In this document: piece after piece, positions 1 to 8,347 of the stretch
How positions within the stretch are numbered: position 1 is the stretch's first letter
Layout of the letters: every line of letters starts with the position of its first letter
NCBI GenBank assembly: GCA_964590645.1
Contig: CAZPYJ010000018.1
Span: forward strand, 9,753-73,752
Direction of reading: 5' to 3'
DNA length: 64,000 nt
Source: an uncultured Lentimicrobiaceae bacterium
Lineage (GTDB): Bacteria; Bacteroidota; Bacteroidia; Bacteroidales; JAGNHN01
The notes under the pieces: generated by a model
Told to the model about the DNA's origin: nothing
Database searches by the model: none
Seen by the model: the letters and a program-made list of their open reading frames with translations, nothing else
Program-made: the position numbers and the translations under genes

Positions 1-87
1 TCGGGGAGCGGGCAAGCGCTCAGGGCAAGAAAGCGAAAAGAAGCACACAGGAGCAGCCTTTCGTATGAGGGTTAAGCCCCTTGCGGG
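1..87 (+). repeat. Dispersed intergenic GC-rich repeat element, copy A (may extend left of the window)
   Basis: Positions 1..28 match the reverse complement of 38733..38760 at 24 of 28 positions. Block aagccccttgcg (74..85) matches aagcccctttgcg in copy B. Confidence 0.5.
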
Positions 88-111
88 CCCCGGGGCCTGT
101 GCCGGCTCAAG

Positions 112-1767
112 TCAGTGAAACCACCCCACACCCATCGTAGCAGTGGTTTTCTTTCCCCGGTAAAAAGCAGGCAGGTAGTGCGCTGCGCCCTCCCCCCCGG
201 CATCGCTGAATGCAAGGCTGCCAAAAAGCTTCAGGTGGGCCAGGATACGGTAGGAAGCCTGCAGTTTGTATTCTTGCATCCTCAACACCTCTTCCTCCAT
301 AAAAGGCAGTCCGGTCCGGGCTGTCCCCTCTGCCGTATAATCCGGGCCCTTTCGCCATAGGGTATAGGAGGCCTCCAAACGGGCAAAAGGCAGGGGCGCC
401 CAACGCAGAGAAAGATAGAGCTCATCGGCATTGTCGCTGAGATAATGCCCCAGATTATAGCGGTTCGACTCGAAGGTAGTCACAGGCGTATTGTGGCGGT
501 AGGCCATCGGCAGGTTGCGGGTGTACTCGGCCACGCTGCGGAGCCCGGCAACAGGGAGATCATAGACGGCCAGCCCTATCTTCATCCCCAGGTGGTTGGA
601 CTGCTTTTCCCTGTCCCAGAAATTCCCCAGGGAAACCTCATCCACAAAAAGGGAAGTGTAGGCGTGCAGCCATCCGAACTGCCAGGTTTGGATATCGAAA
701 AACATCTGGGCATTCTGTCCAACCCGGTTGCTGCCGGCCCCGCTCAGGGTGTGATCCACGGATTTAAAAAAGAGGAAGGGGATGAAATAGGTGAAGCGGG
801 GCAGGTCATCGCTGTACACGATGCTGTTGCCAAAAGAAAAATGCAGCTGCTTCCAGGGCTTGAGGGTAAAAAGATTGGCGGCGATGTATTTACCAAAATA
901 GTGCTCCCTTCGCTCTTTCCCAAAGGCATTGGTATACCAGGCGGTGCGACTGCTGTCGATCACCTCCGAGATCAGCCATCCGTGGAAGTACTGAAACTCC
1001 AGCCATTTTACCGGGGCGAGGTAGAGGCCCAGCCAGGGGAAGGAAGGCGTACGGCCGGAAAGAATGCTGCTTCCGTGGTATCCGCTTCCCCAGCGGATAT
1101 GGTCTTTGGCCATCATTACATTGCCCCAATCCCAGGCATAGGAGAGGCCTGCCCGGGCCTCGCTGTACTCCCCGCCTTGTCCTGTCCATTTAAAATTGCC
1201 CCCCGGACGCCGGGTGAGGTACTCATCTTCAGCCAGGCGAAGAGATTCAGCATTGTCTTCCAGGCTGCCCCAAAAGCCCCAATGCCTTCCTGCCGTGGCG
1301 GTGAAAGCCAGGCCACTGCGACGCCAGCTCTCTGTCCCGGCTTCATTGCTGTACATCTCATACGACAGCAGGGGCCGGAGCCGGAAGCTGAATAAGGTGT
1401 CGCGGTAGAAGAAGAGGTCTTCATTATACCCTTGCAGCGGCCCTTTTCCAAAGGAGGTGAACAGGGAGCGCGGATAAGTCAAGGATGTTTCGGGATGCGC
1501 ATAGGCCGGGGCCAGGCGATGCTTCAGGGCTTCGATTTCTTTCCTGAGACGGGGCGTCAGGCCGGTGATGCTGTCTGCCGCGCAAAGGGCTTCATACACT
1601 TTCTTCTCGGAAAGGGGTGCAAGGGCCATCTGGATACTGCCTTCAGAAAAGACATTGTATTCCCTCAGCAGCCCATATACATCAGCCTGGCGAATAGGCA
1701 GGGGGACGTCCTGGCTGCGGCCCGGAACAAGGCAAAGCAAAAGCAATATGAAAGGCAGGCTTCTCAT
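112..1767 (-). CDS. Secreted outer-membrane protein, possibly capsule-assembly Wzi family
   Basis: ORF 112..1899. I moved the start to the ATG at 1767, which gives the signal peptide MRSLPFILLLLCLVPGRSQ. The sequence is rich in aromatic and Gly residues, as in a beta-barrel. The segment DHIRWGSGYHGSSILSGRTPSFPWLGL recalls the Wzi family. The family call is from memory only. Confidence 0.45.
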   Translation of the reverse strand: MRSLPFILLLLCLVPGRSQDVPLPIRQADVYGLLREYNVFSEGSIQMALAPLSEKKVYEALCAADSITGLTPRLRKEIEALKHRLAPAYAHPETSLTYPRSLFTSFGKGPLQGYNEDLFFYRDTLFSFRLRPLLSYEMYSNEAGTESWRRSGLAFTATAGRHWGFWGSLEDNAESLRLAEDEYLTRRPGGNFKWTGQGGEYSEARAGLSYAWDWGNVMMAKDHIRWGSGYHGSSILSGRTPSFPWLGLYLAPVKWLEFQYFHGWLISEVIDSSRTAWYTNAFGKERREHYFGKYIAANLFTLKPWKQLHFSFGNSIVYSDDLPRFTYFIPFLFFKSVDHTLSGAGSNRVGQNAQMFFDIQTWQFGWLHAYTSLFVDEVSLGNFWDREKQSNHLGMKIGLAVYDLPVAGLRSVAEYTRNLPMAYRHNTPVTTFESNRYNLGHYLSDNADELYLSLRWAPLPFARLEASYTLWRKGPDYTAEGTARTGLPFMEEEVLRMQEYKLQASYRILAHLKLFGSLAFSDAGGEGAAHYLPAFYRGKKTTATMGVGWFH

Positions 1768-1771
1768 CGGG

Positions 1772-2401
1772 TCATTTCCGGCCAAAATCCGCGGGGATCT
1801 CGCCCCAGACCGCCGTTTCCCATTTGAGCAAGGGATTGGCCCAGGTATGGGTTTGCAACCACTTTTCTGCCCTGTCCACCAGGGAAAAGAGATCCGCATT
1901 GCGCCGGTTGCGCGGCAGCTTTGTATTGACTTTCTTGTCTTTCACCCACTTCATTGCCGTTTTTGAGTCGGTATAAACCGGGATTGTCAGCTTTCGCTCG
2001 GCCAGGAATGCCAGGGCGTGCACGATCGCCAGGAATTCTCCGATATTGACTGTCCCTTCCTGGAATGGCCCCTGGTGAAAGAGTTGCGCTCCCGACATTG
2101 TGTCCACGCCCCTGTACTCCAGTACGCCCGGATTGCCTGCACAGGCGGCATCCACCGACAGGCTGTCCGGGTTGGGTCTTCCAAATTTCTCAAGCTCCGC
2201 CTCCGAGGGCTGTGCCCTTTTACCGATAAAGTGGTGCGGGGGTTTCGAAAAAGCTTCCCAGGCTGCAGATTCGTCGGGGAAACCCTTGTACAAGGCTCCT
2301 TCTGTCCCTTTCACCTGCTCCTCGCACTCCTTCCAGGAAGGGTACACTCCGGGGATTTTTCCACGCCAGACGACATAGTGGGTGTTTCTTTTCTTCGCCA
2401 T
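1772..2401 (-). CDS. rnhA: Ribonuclease HI with N-terminal RNA/DNA hybrid-binding (viroplasmin-like) domain
   Basis: ORF 1772..2827, trimmed to the ATG at 2401 (MAKKRNTHYVVWRGKIPGVYPSWKECEEQV is the hybrid-binding domain). The RNase H fold acidic residues are present (VDAAC, GEFLA, YTDS, PADFG). Confidence 0.8.
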   Translation of the reverse strand: MAKKRNTHYVVWRGKIPGVYPSWKECEEQVKGTEGALYKGFPDESAAWEAFSKPPHHFIGKRAQPSEAELEKFGRPNPDSLSVDAACAGNPGVLEYRGVDTMSGAQLFHQGPFQEGTVNIGEFLAIVHALAFLAERKLTIPVYTDSKTAMKWVKDKKVNTKLPRNRRNADLFSLVDRAEKWLQTHTWANPLLKWETAVWGEIPADFGRK

Positions 2402-2406
2402 CGCTT

Positions 2407-2414
2407 CAAAGGTA
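2407..2414 (-). promoter_or_regulatory. Bacteroidota -7 box (TAccTTTG) for rnhA
   Basis: The reverse complement of caaaggta is TAccTTTG. Only 5 nt separate it from the ATG at 2401. Confidence 0.45.
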
Positions 2415-2451
2415 GCCAATTTGACTTTCGTGCCGGATAGGGCGGAAGTCC

Positions 2452-2459
2452 TATCTTTG
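2452..2459 (+). promoter_or_regulatory. -7 box (TAtcTTTG) for the gldH-like gene
   Basis: Exact TAnnTTTG, 17 nt before the ATG at 2477. Confidence 0.5.
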
Positions 2460-2476
2460 TGACAATTTTGAGTACG

Positions 2477-2953
2477 ATGAAAACACAGACGCTGACCGGC
2501 ATTTTGCTCCTCCTGCTGGGATTGTTCTCCTGCCAGCGCGGCCCCTGGATGGAAGAGGCCCGGCTTTTCCCCGACCAAAACTGGATTCGCTTCGAAACAC
2601 AGTGGTTTGATTTTACCCCCCCAGCACAGCAAAAGTCGGCCGACCTTCGCCTGAGCCTCACCTACAATGAAAACATCAATCTCGACCGCCTTCCGGTGAT
2701 GGCCACCATTCACGCTCCTTCGGGAGAGATGCGTTACCGGGAACTGATGTTCCACCTGAGGGATGAAAGCGGACAATTTCAGGGTGCGGAAATACTGGAG
2801 GAAAGCGGACGGCAATGGAAGCTGCAAATGATGATGCGCCAGGATTTCGAATTCCGGGAGGAGGGATTGTATCGCTTTGAAATTGAGAACCTGAGCAGTA
2901 AATACGACAATCCGGGTCTGGTGAGCCTGGAATTGCGGGTGGAAGCCCCTTAG
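2477..2953 (+). CDS. gldH: Gliding-motility lipoprotein GldH-like
   Basis: ORF 2459..2953 starts with GTG. The ATG at 2477 gives MKTQTLTGILLLLLGLFSC with a lipobox Cys. The protein is about 158 aa, and its size and pattern (W..F..F, PSGE, ending GLVSLELRVE) recall GldH. Not verified by search. Confidence 0.5.
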   Translation: MKTQTLTGILLLLLGLFSCQRGPWMEEARLFPDQNWIRFETQWFDFTPPAQQKSADLRLSLTYNENINLDRLPVMATIHAPSGEMRYRELMFHLRDESGQFQGAEILEESGRQWKLQMMMRQDFEFREEGLYRFEIENLSSKYDNPGLVSLELRVEAP

Positions 2954-3060
2954 GTCTGTATCCTGGCCGGCCTGGCATTTTCGCGGATAAGCGCTTTGTA
3001 ATCACCTGGAAGAAAGCGGGAAGGATGTGGAGAAGTATGCGGGGCCTTTGAAGTGATCAG

Positions 3061-3080
3061 CCTGCCTGCTGGCAGGCAGG
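3061..3080. terminator. Hairpin between convergent gldH-like and TonB-dependent receptor genes
   Basis: cctgcctgc/gcaggcagg form a 9-bp inverted repeat. There is no U-run on either strand. Confidence 0.35.
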
Positions 3081-3125
3081 TGGGCAGTTGAAGCGAGACT
3101 GTGGTTTGGTGAGCGCAGCGTATCC

Positions 3126-5552
3126 TCAGAACAAATCCAGGCTGATCCCGGCATAGAGCATCCTGCCATAAATGGGAGCATAGATGAAGGCGGCATCATC
3201 CAGACGGCGTTCATCCTGAATGGTATCAAAAACATTGTCCACTCCCGCATAGACCTTCCAGTTCTGAATGCCGCGTGAGACTTTCATATTGACCACATTA
3301 TGGGCAGGGGTTTTACGAATAAGCGACAGGTCTGCTTCTCCCTGCTCCGGGCTGTGGTAATAATCGATGTACAAATAGCCTTGCCGCTGCACAAAGGCAG
3401 TGGCCATCCATTTTCCCGGGCTGTATTCCAGGCGCATCACTGAGCTGGTGCGCGGGAAACGGGAAATGTAGCGGCTTTCTTCGGCATACTCTGTTCCATC
3501 CCAGTCTTCCCGGATATGGTCGTAGCGTCCGTCATTAAAGGTGAAGTCAATGCCTGCATCCAGGTCTTTCTGGAGGTTTACCATCAGCGAGAATTCCACG
3601 CCCTGCACCAGGGCATCATCCACATTGACCCACTGGTAATCATATCCTTTGGCGGCCACTTCTTCAGTGGCATCGCTGAAGGCAATCATATCATTGAGCC
3701 GGGTGCGGAAGAGGTTAAGGCTGATTCGGATGCGGTCGCCGTAATAATCTCCGGAGGTATTGATGCTGAAAGAGCGCTCCGGCGATAAGCCGACCGATTT
3801 CCAGACCCTTGGCGAACCGGAGCAGAGGTGCAGGTCTTCAGAGAATCCGAAAGGGGCACGAAAGCCGGTTCCGGCACTGGCCCTCAGGCTGATCTTGTCG
3901 TTGAGCTTGTACTTCACTGCCAAACGGGGATTGAGGCTGTTTTCTTCATACTCCACCACAGGAAAGTCCTCCGCATCTGAAACCTGCTGGTCGGAGAAGT
4001 ACTGATCCGTGCTGCGGTGGAAGTCGAAACGCAAACCCGGAACAACAGTAAGCTTGCGGGTGGGCTGCCATTCACCCTGCACAAAAATACCGGATTCCAG
4101 GGCTGACTTTCTGGAGGTGGAGCGGTAGGAGCTTCCGTAATACGGGCTTTCTTCATCCACCACCACATACATCCCCGATTCTTCCAATACATCGCCGGAT
4201 AGCTGAATTCCGGTGGTAAGGGTATATTTCAGGCTGCGCTTTTCCAGGGTCACACTGCTGTTCCAGCTCTGTTCCTCTGCCAGGTAAGGACGCATTTCCC
4301 GCACATCCGGAGCCGTATCTCCGTGCGTGGCAAGGTAGTCCCCCAGATAGGAATCATTGGTGGCTTCTCTCTGGTGATTCACGTAATTCAGGCGGTAGTC
4401 TATACTCATTCCGTTGCGCAAGGGCAGGGTGTACCCCAGTTCTGTCTGATAACGGTGGGTAATGATATTCTCGGTGCCTTCGGTGAAGGGGTTGCGGAAG
4501 ACATCGTCCACCATTACTCCGCCCTGCCTATGTTCATTGATGAATTTGGCCCTGAGCACCAATTGGTCTTTGTCTTTCAGCACCTCATCAAAATAGAGTC
4601 CGACACCTGCATTCTTCAGGCTTGTCGCAACCCGGTCGCTGATCCCGTCAGGCTGACGTACCTCCTCAACAGTAGCGCCTTCTCCGCTCACATCAATGGC
4701 CGCCTCACGGATATGCTGGGCGTAGAGGCTGACCCCTATGTTTCCCTTTTCATTCCGCATTGAGGAGGTGAATCCGTACCTGGCAGAATGATAACTGCCA
4801 TATTGCATATCCAGTTTGGCGGTAGGTATGGTTGAGGGTTCGCGGCTTACAATATTGATGGCCCCGGCAATGGCTCCACTTCCATAGAGGGAAGAGCCGG
4901 CCCCTTTCACCACTTCAATCCGCCCAATGTCCAGGGTAGAGATTTGCTTTAAGCCGTACACTCCGGCCAGGCCGCTGTACACCGGCTGTCCATCCACCAG
5001 CACCTGGGTGTGCTCTGCACCAAGTCCCTGCATCCTCAGCATCGTAAAATCGCAGGCCTGGCACTGGCTTTCCACCCTGAGGCCGGCTACCCCTTCCAGG
5101 GCTTCATACAGATTGCAGGCATTTTTATTCTCGATGTCCTTCATTGTGATCACTTCCGTACGCACCGGAACATCCTTGATGTGGTGCGAGCTACGGGTTC
5201 CCGTGATGACCACCTGATCCAGGTTGAATACATCCGGTTCCAACACAAAGAAGAAATTCCGGGTCTCATTGCGGCTCAGCCTCACTTCCACTTCTTTGGT
5301 CTTGTATCCCATTGCCTGGATAAGCAGGGTATGCTGCCCTTCAGGCAGGTTGGCGAACTTGAAGTGTCCCGACGCATCGCAGGTGGTACCCAGTCGGCTT
5401 CCCTTGACGCTGATGTTCGCAAAGGGAATATGCTGCTGGTCTCTGGCCGATCTCACATCGCCAAAAAGCATTATGTCTGTCAGATCTGCCTGGCTTCTGC
5501 CCATCAGTATTCCAAGCATCAGGCTGATCAGAATTAGGATTAATCTTCGCAT
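3126..5552 (-). CDS. TonB-dependent receptor with carboxypeptidase-regulatory-like N-terminal domain
   Basis: 808 aa with a signal peptide. It has a CarboxypepD_reg-like start (FGDVRS..ANISVKG..GHFKFANLPEG), a plug region (VVITGTRS, DIGRIEVVKGAGSSLYGSGAIAG) and a barrel ending ..YAGISLDLF. Confidence 0.85.
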   Translation of the reverse strand: MRRLILILISLMLGILMGRSQADLTDIMLFGDVRSARDQQHIPFANISVKGSRLGTTCDASGHFKFANLPEGQHTLLIQAMGYKTKEVEVRLSRNETRNFFFVLEPDVFNLDQVVITGTRSSHHIKDVPVRTEVITMKDIENKNACNLYEALEGVAGLRVESQCQACDFTMLRMQGLGAEHTQVLVDGQPVYSGLAGVYGLKQISTLDIGRIEVVKGAGSSLYGSGAIAGAINIVSREPSTIPTAKLDMQYGSYHSARYGFTSSMRNEKGNIGVSLYAQHIREAAIDVSGEGATVEEVRQPDGISDRVATSLKNAGVGLYFDEVLKDKDQLVLRAKFINEHRQGGVMVDDVFRNPFTEGTENIITHRYQTELGYTLPLRNGMSIDYRLNYVNHQREATNDSYLGDYLATHGDTAPDVREMRPYLAEEQSWNSSVTLEKRSLKYTLTTGIQLSGDVLEESGMYVVVDEESPYYGSSYRSTSRKSALESGIFVQGEWQPTRKLTVVPGLRFDFHRSTDQYFSDQQVSDAEDFPVVEYEENSLNPRLAVKYKLNDKISLRASAGTGFRAPFGFSEDLHLCSGSPRVWKSVGLSPERSFSINTSGDYYGDRIRISLNLFRTRLNDMIAFSDATEEVAAKGYDYQWVNVDDALVQGVEFSLMVNLQKDLDAGIDFTFNDGRYDHIREDWDGTEYAEESRYISRFPRTSSVMRLEYSPGKWMATAFVQRQGYLYIDYYHSPEQGEADLSLIRKTPAHNVVNMKVSRGIQNWKVYAGVDNVFDTIQDERRLDDAAFIYAPIYGRMLYAGISLDLF

Positions 5553-5590
5553 CGTCTGGCAATTTGGTTTTTACGATACAAAGGACCGAA

Positions 5591-5678
5591 TAAGGGTAAA
5601 ATCCTGCCATCCCCATTTATAGGGAAAAACCCTGTTCGTCATCCCCATAAAGGATGAATGAAAGGAGAAGGGAAGCCC
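5591..5678 (+). repeat. Dispersed intergenic repeat element, copy C (interrupted by a 47-nt segment)
   Basis: taagggtaaa (5591..5600) matches copy B at 10 of 10. Positions 5648..5670 match the reverse complement of 38713..38735 at 19 of 23. In copy B the two blocks are contiguous. Confidence 0.5.
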
Positions 5679-5697
5679 GGACGCTTATTGCGGAGGC

Positions 5698-6303
5698 TCA
5701 GGCAGGGGGAAGGTGATCGAGAGAGATGATCTTATGCGTAATGGCATACAGGGTGAGTCCGGAAAGGCTTTTTACCGATGTTTTCCGTGTAATGTTCTTG
5801 CGGTGACTGATCACGGTGTGCAGGCTGATATGGAGTGCATCGGCTATTTCTTTATTGCTGGCACCGTTCACCAGTGCTTTGAGCACTTCCCTTTCTCTCT
5901 CGCTCAGGCTTTCCTGTTCCTCCTTCTCCTCCCCAGACACTTGTTTTTCCAGCACCTGTCCCAACTTTTCTCTGATGCGGTCCGGACTGTCGTTGATGTC
6001 AATAAGCAAGTCAAAATGATCCAGTACGGTTTGATCCACCCAGTGATAATGCAAGGCAGCCCACCTCAGGCCTGGATGGACTGATTTCAGGTTTCTGACT
6101 TGTTTTTCCCGATTGATCAGCAGCAGCGGGTTAAGGATGATCAGGTCGGGAAAGGCGGCCGGGGCAAGGCGATGCAATTCCTCCAGCTCGTCGAGGTGGC
6201 TGATGCGAAAGCTGTATCCGGCTCGGTGCAGGACGAGGTTGAGTCCTTCGCGGATGATCTGTGAGGGTTCGGCCAGGGCGATATGGAAGCGCGGCTTACT
6301 CAT
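5698..6303 (-). CDS. LuxR-family transcriptional regulator with pseudo-receiver N-terminal domain
   Basis: C-terminal LuxR helix-turn-helix (SEREREVLKALVNGASNKEIADALHISLHTVISHRKNI). The N-terminal domain is receiver-like but lacks the acidic pocket: HIALAEPS, and DLIILNP in place of the phospho-Asp. The ATG at 6303 overlaps the upstream stop (ATGAGTAA). Confidence 0.7.
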   Translation of the reverse strand: MSKPRFHIALAEPSQIIREGLNLVLHRAGYSFRISHLDELEELHRLAPAAFPDLIILNPLLLINREKQVRNLKSVHPGLRWAALHYHWVDQTVLDHFDLLIDINDSPDRIREKLGQVLEKQVSGEEKEEQESLSEREREVLKALVNGASNKEIADALHISLHTVISHRKNITRKTSVKSLSGLTLYAITHKIISLDHLPPA

Positions 6304-7009
6304 CCTCTTGCCTGCTTTCAATTCTGGCAATCAGCGGAGCCAGCAGATCTTCCTCAATAGAGGAATGGACTTTCAGGTGGAAATCCAGTTCAAAGAGTGC
6401 GATGATCAGGCTTCTTCGTATGCGATGGGAGGCGCCCAGGCAAAGGTGTTTCACCATCAGTTGCTTCAGTTCCGCCAGTTTGTATTCTATATCGGTGTGA
6501 TGCTCCTGGTATTCCTGCACAGAAAACAGCTGGCGCTGCTTAAGCGGGGAAGATCCGGCCAGTTGGTCAAAATAGGGAAAGGCGACATCATCTTCATAAT
6601 TCAGGTGTTCGAGCACCTCCTCGTAATACTCCTGATAAAACTGTTTCAGCATAATGAACACCCTGTCAGGCACGCTGCCATCCAACTGCAGGATCAGGCC
6701 CTCAATCTGCGGGAACTTCTCTTCCTTATAGTAGCGATGGCTGTTTTTCAGGAATCGGATCAGGCGGATGAGGTCCCCGCCCGAGAGTGCAGGCAGTGGG
6801 TGCAGGCTGAAACCATTATAGAGGTTGCACAATGGGATAAAGAGCTCGGGATTGATCTGGTGCTCGCGGCAGATATCCTCCACGCATTTGTCTTCCAGCC
6901 GATAATCTATGTCAAAATGCTCCAGAACGATCAGCAGGCCCGGATTCTCAAAGATAAGGTCTGCAAGCCTGGATTCTGCCTTGATAAAGGTATGTCGGGT
7001 TTGATACAT
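6296..7009 (-). CDS. Hemerythrin-like / RIC (ScdA)-like di-iron domain protein
   Basis: 237 aa. The N-terminus (RLADLIFENPGLLIVLEHFDIDY) resembles the ScdA_N pattern. His/Glu-rich helices follow (HSHRYYKEE, EHLNYEDD, EYQEHHTDIEYK, HLKVHSSIEED), consistent with a hemerythrin-type cation site. Assigned from pattern only. Confidence 0.45.
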   Translation of the reverse strand: MYQTRHTFIKAESRLADLIFENPGLLIVLEHFDIDYRLEDKCVEDICREHQINPELFIPLCNLYNGFSLHPLPALSGGDLIRLIRFLKNSHRYYKEEKFPQIEGLILQLDGSVPDRVFIMLKQFYQEYYEEVLEHLNYEDDVAFPYFDQLAGSSPLKQRQLFSVQEYQEHHTDIEYKLAELKQLMVKHLCLGASHRIRRSLIIALFELDFHLKVHSSIEEDLLAPLIARIESRQEDE

Positions 7010-7413
7010 CAGAAATGGATCTTATGGTAATCCCAGACCTGGTTATTCCGCAGGGTATGGATCTTCACGGCCAGGCGGATAAAAATATCCAGTTGTTTTT
7101 CCCTGAGCCACCTCCTGGCGTACTCCTTATCGCGGCAGGCATCGGCGAAGATCACCAGCAGGGCTTGCTTATGGGTGGCCAGCCATTGGTAGGCTTTTTC
7201 GCTTCCATCGATGGCGGCATCCAATGCCCCCAGATGAGGATATCCGTGCTTCATCAGCCATTCAAAGGCTTTTTCGCTCCCCCTGATTGCACTGGCCAGG
7301 GCTGCCAGCTCTGCAAAACCGTTCTTCAGCAGCCACTGCAGGATTTTCTCATTCCCGTCGATGGCTTCCCCAAAGGCTATGAGGACTTTGGCAGGATACT
7401 TCTGCAATGACAT
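7009..7413 (-). CDS. Hypothetical protein with four ~25-aa helical repeats
   Basis: 134 aa. The repeat is A-I-x-G-x-E-K-x-x-x-W-L-x-K-x-G-x-x-x-L-x-A-L, present about four times (ILQWLLKNG, AFEWLMKHG, AYQWLATHK, ARRWLREKQ). Its start and stop each overlap a neighbour by 1 nt (TAATG, TGATG). Confidence 0.5.
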   Translation of the reverse strand: MSLQKYPAKVLIAFGEAIDGNEKILQWLLKNGFAELAALASAIRGSEKAFEWLMKHGYPHLGALDAAIDGSEKAYQWLATHKQALLVIFADACRDKEYARRWLREKQLDIFIRLAVKIHTLRNNQVWDYHKIHF

Positions 7414-8189
7414 TATCCATACACTTTGGTGGGAATACCCTGGTATTCAGCTCGCTGACCGATGGATAGCAATTCATCAAAGGATATCTTTTCCAGGCCT
7501 TCTTCCGGAGTATCCCTGTCGATGGCATAAATCATCGCATATTTAGGATTCACCTCCTTCACGCAGCGTATCCAGGCTTCTACTTCAGAGTCATTGGTAT
7601 TGTCAACATATTCCTTTCCGTAATGCCCGCGGAGAAAGATAGACTGAATGATGAGGTTGCCTTTCAGGAGTTTGAGCTGGTCGAGGAGAATATCCAGCGT
7701 GAGCCGGCTTGGGGGCTGGTTGATCTTGCGAAAGCTTTCTTCCGTACCGGCATCCAGTTTGAGCATATTCAGGTCCACCTTCTGCAATGCATCAAGTATA
7801 TCGGCTTTATGCAACATTGAGGCATTGGAAAGAACCCCGATCCTGGTATCCGGAACATAGCGGTCACGCAGGACGAGGGTATCCCCGATGATGGCTGCAA
7901 AATCGGGATGAAGGGTTGGCTCGCCGTTTCCGGCGAAGGTAATGGCATCAGGAACGGGGCCGGTCTTTTTCAGCTCCTTCAAACGGGCTTCCAGTTGATT
8001 GGAAACTTCCTCCCTGGAGGGGAGAGGGGTTCCATCCTTGCGTTTGCTGCCTGCCCATCCGCATTCACAGTAAATGCAGTTGAAGGAACAAAATTTATAG
8101 TCCTTAGGAAGCAAATTGATACCCAGGGATATTCCGAGTCGCCGGCTCTTAATAGGGCCAAAAACGATTTCATTAAACAGGATTGACAT
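7413..8189 (-). CDS. Radical SAM protein
   Basis: CxxxCxxC cluster motif (CSFNCIYCECGW) after GPIKSRRLGISLGINL. I prefer the ATG at 8189 over 8252 because 8190..8252 contains a hairpin with an A8/T8 run. Confidence 0.8.
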   Translation of the reverse strand: MSILFNEIVFGPIKSRRLGISLGINLLPKDYKFCSFNCIYCECGWAGSKRKDGTPLPSREEVSNQLEARLKELKKTGPVPDAITFAGNGEPTLHPDFAAIIGDTLVLRDRYVPDTRIGVLSNASMLHKADILDALQKVDLNMLKLDAGTEESFRKINQPPSRLTLDILLDQLKLLKGNLIIQSIFLRGHYGKEYVDNTNDSEVEAWIRCVKEVNPKYAMIYAIDRDTPEEGLEKISFDELLSIGQRAEYQGIPTKVYG

Positions 8190-8324
8190 CTCGTTCAGCT
8201 TAAGACTTCGAAGATACGGGCTTTTTTTTAACGCCCGTGCTGTCTTCTTCACCTTTGACTTGAACCCGGCTGGCCCGCTCTTGTTTATTTAGCCCTGCCT
8301 CTGAGAGGCTAAACGCAAAAATTG

Positions 8325-8332
8325 TACTTTTG
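8325..8332 (+). promoter_or_regulatory. -7 box (TActTTTG) for the polyprenyl synthase gene
   Basis: Exact TAnnTTTG, 15 nt before the ATG at 8348. Confidence 0.5.
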
Positions 8333-8347
8333 AGCGGTCAGCAACGG

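Noticed and set aside
1772-2827. N-terminally extended versions of several ORFs from the six-frame track: 1772..2827, 112..1899, 16083..16766, 19000..19893, 50830..51651, 44624..45490, 47803..48876, 35521..38307.
   Set aside because: The extensions overlap neighbouring genes or promoters, often start at GTG or TTG, and precede an ATG that gives the canonical family N-terminus or a signal peptide.
5553-5697. Cobalamin or another riboswitch in the leader of the TonB-dependent receptor gene.
   Set aside because: I could find no B12-box-like sequence or multi-stem architecture on the coding strand. Only a 4-bp hairpin and direct repeats are present.
7009-8189. Radical SAM gene plus repeat-containing small protein as a RiPP maturase/precursor pair.
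   Set aside because: The radical SAM protein is short (~258 aa), with only the one CxxxCxxC cluster and no SPASM/twitch Cys-rich extension. The 134-aa protein looks like a folded helical repeat with no leader/core organisation.
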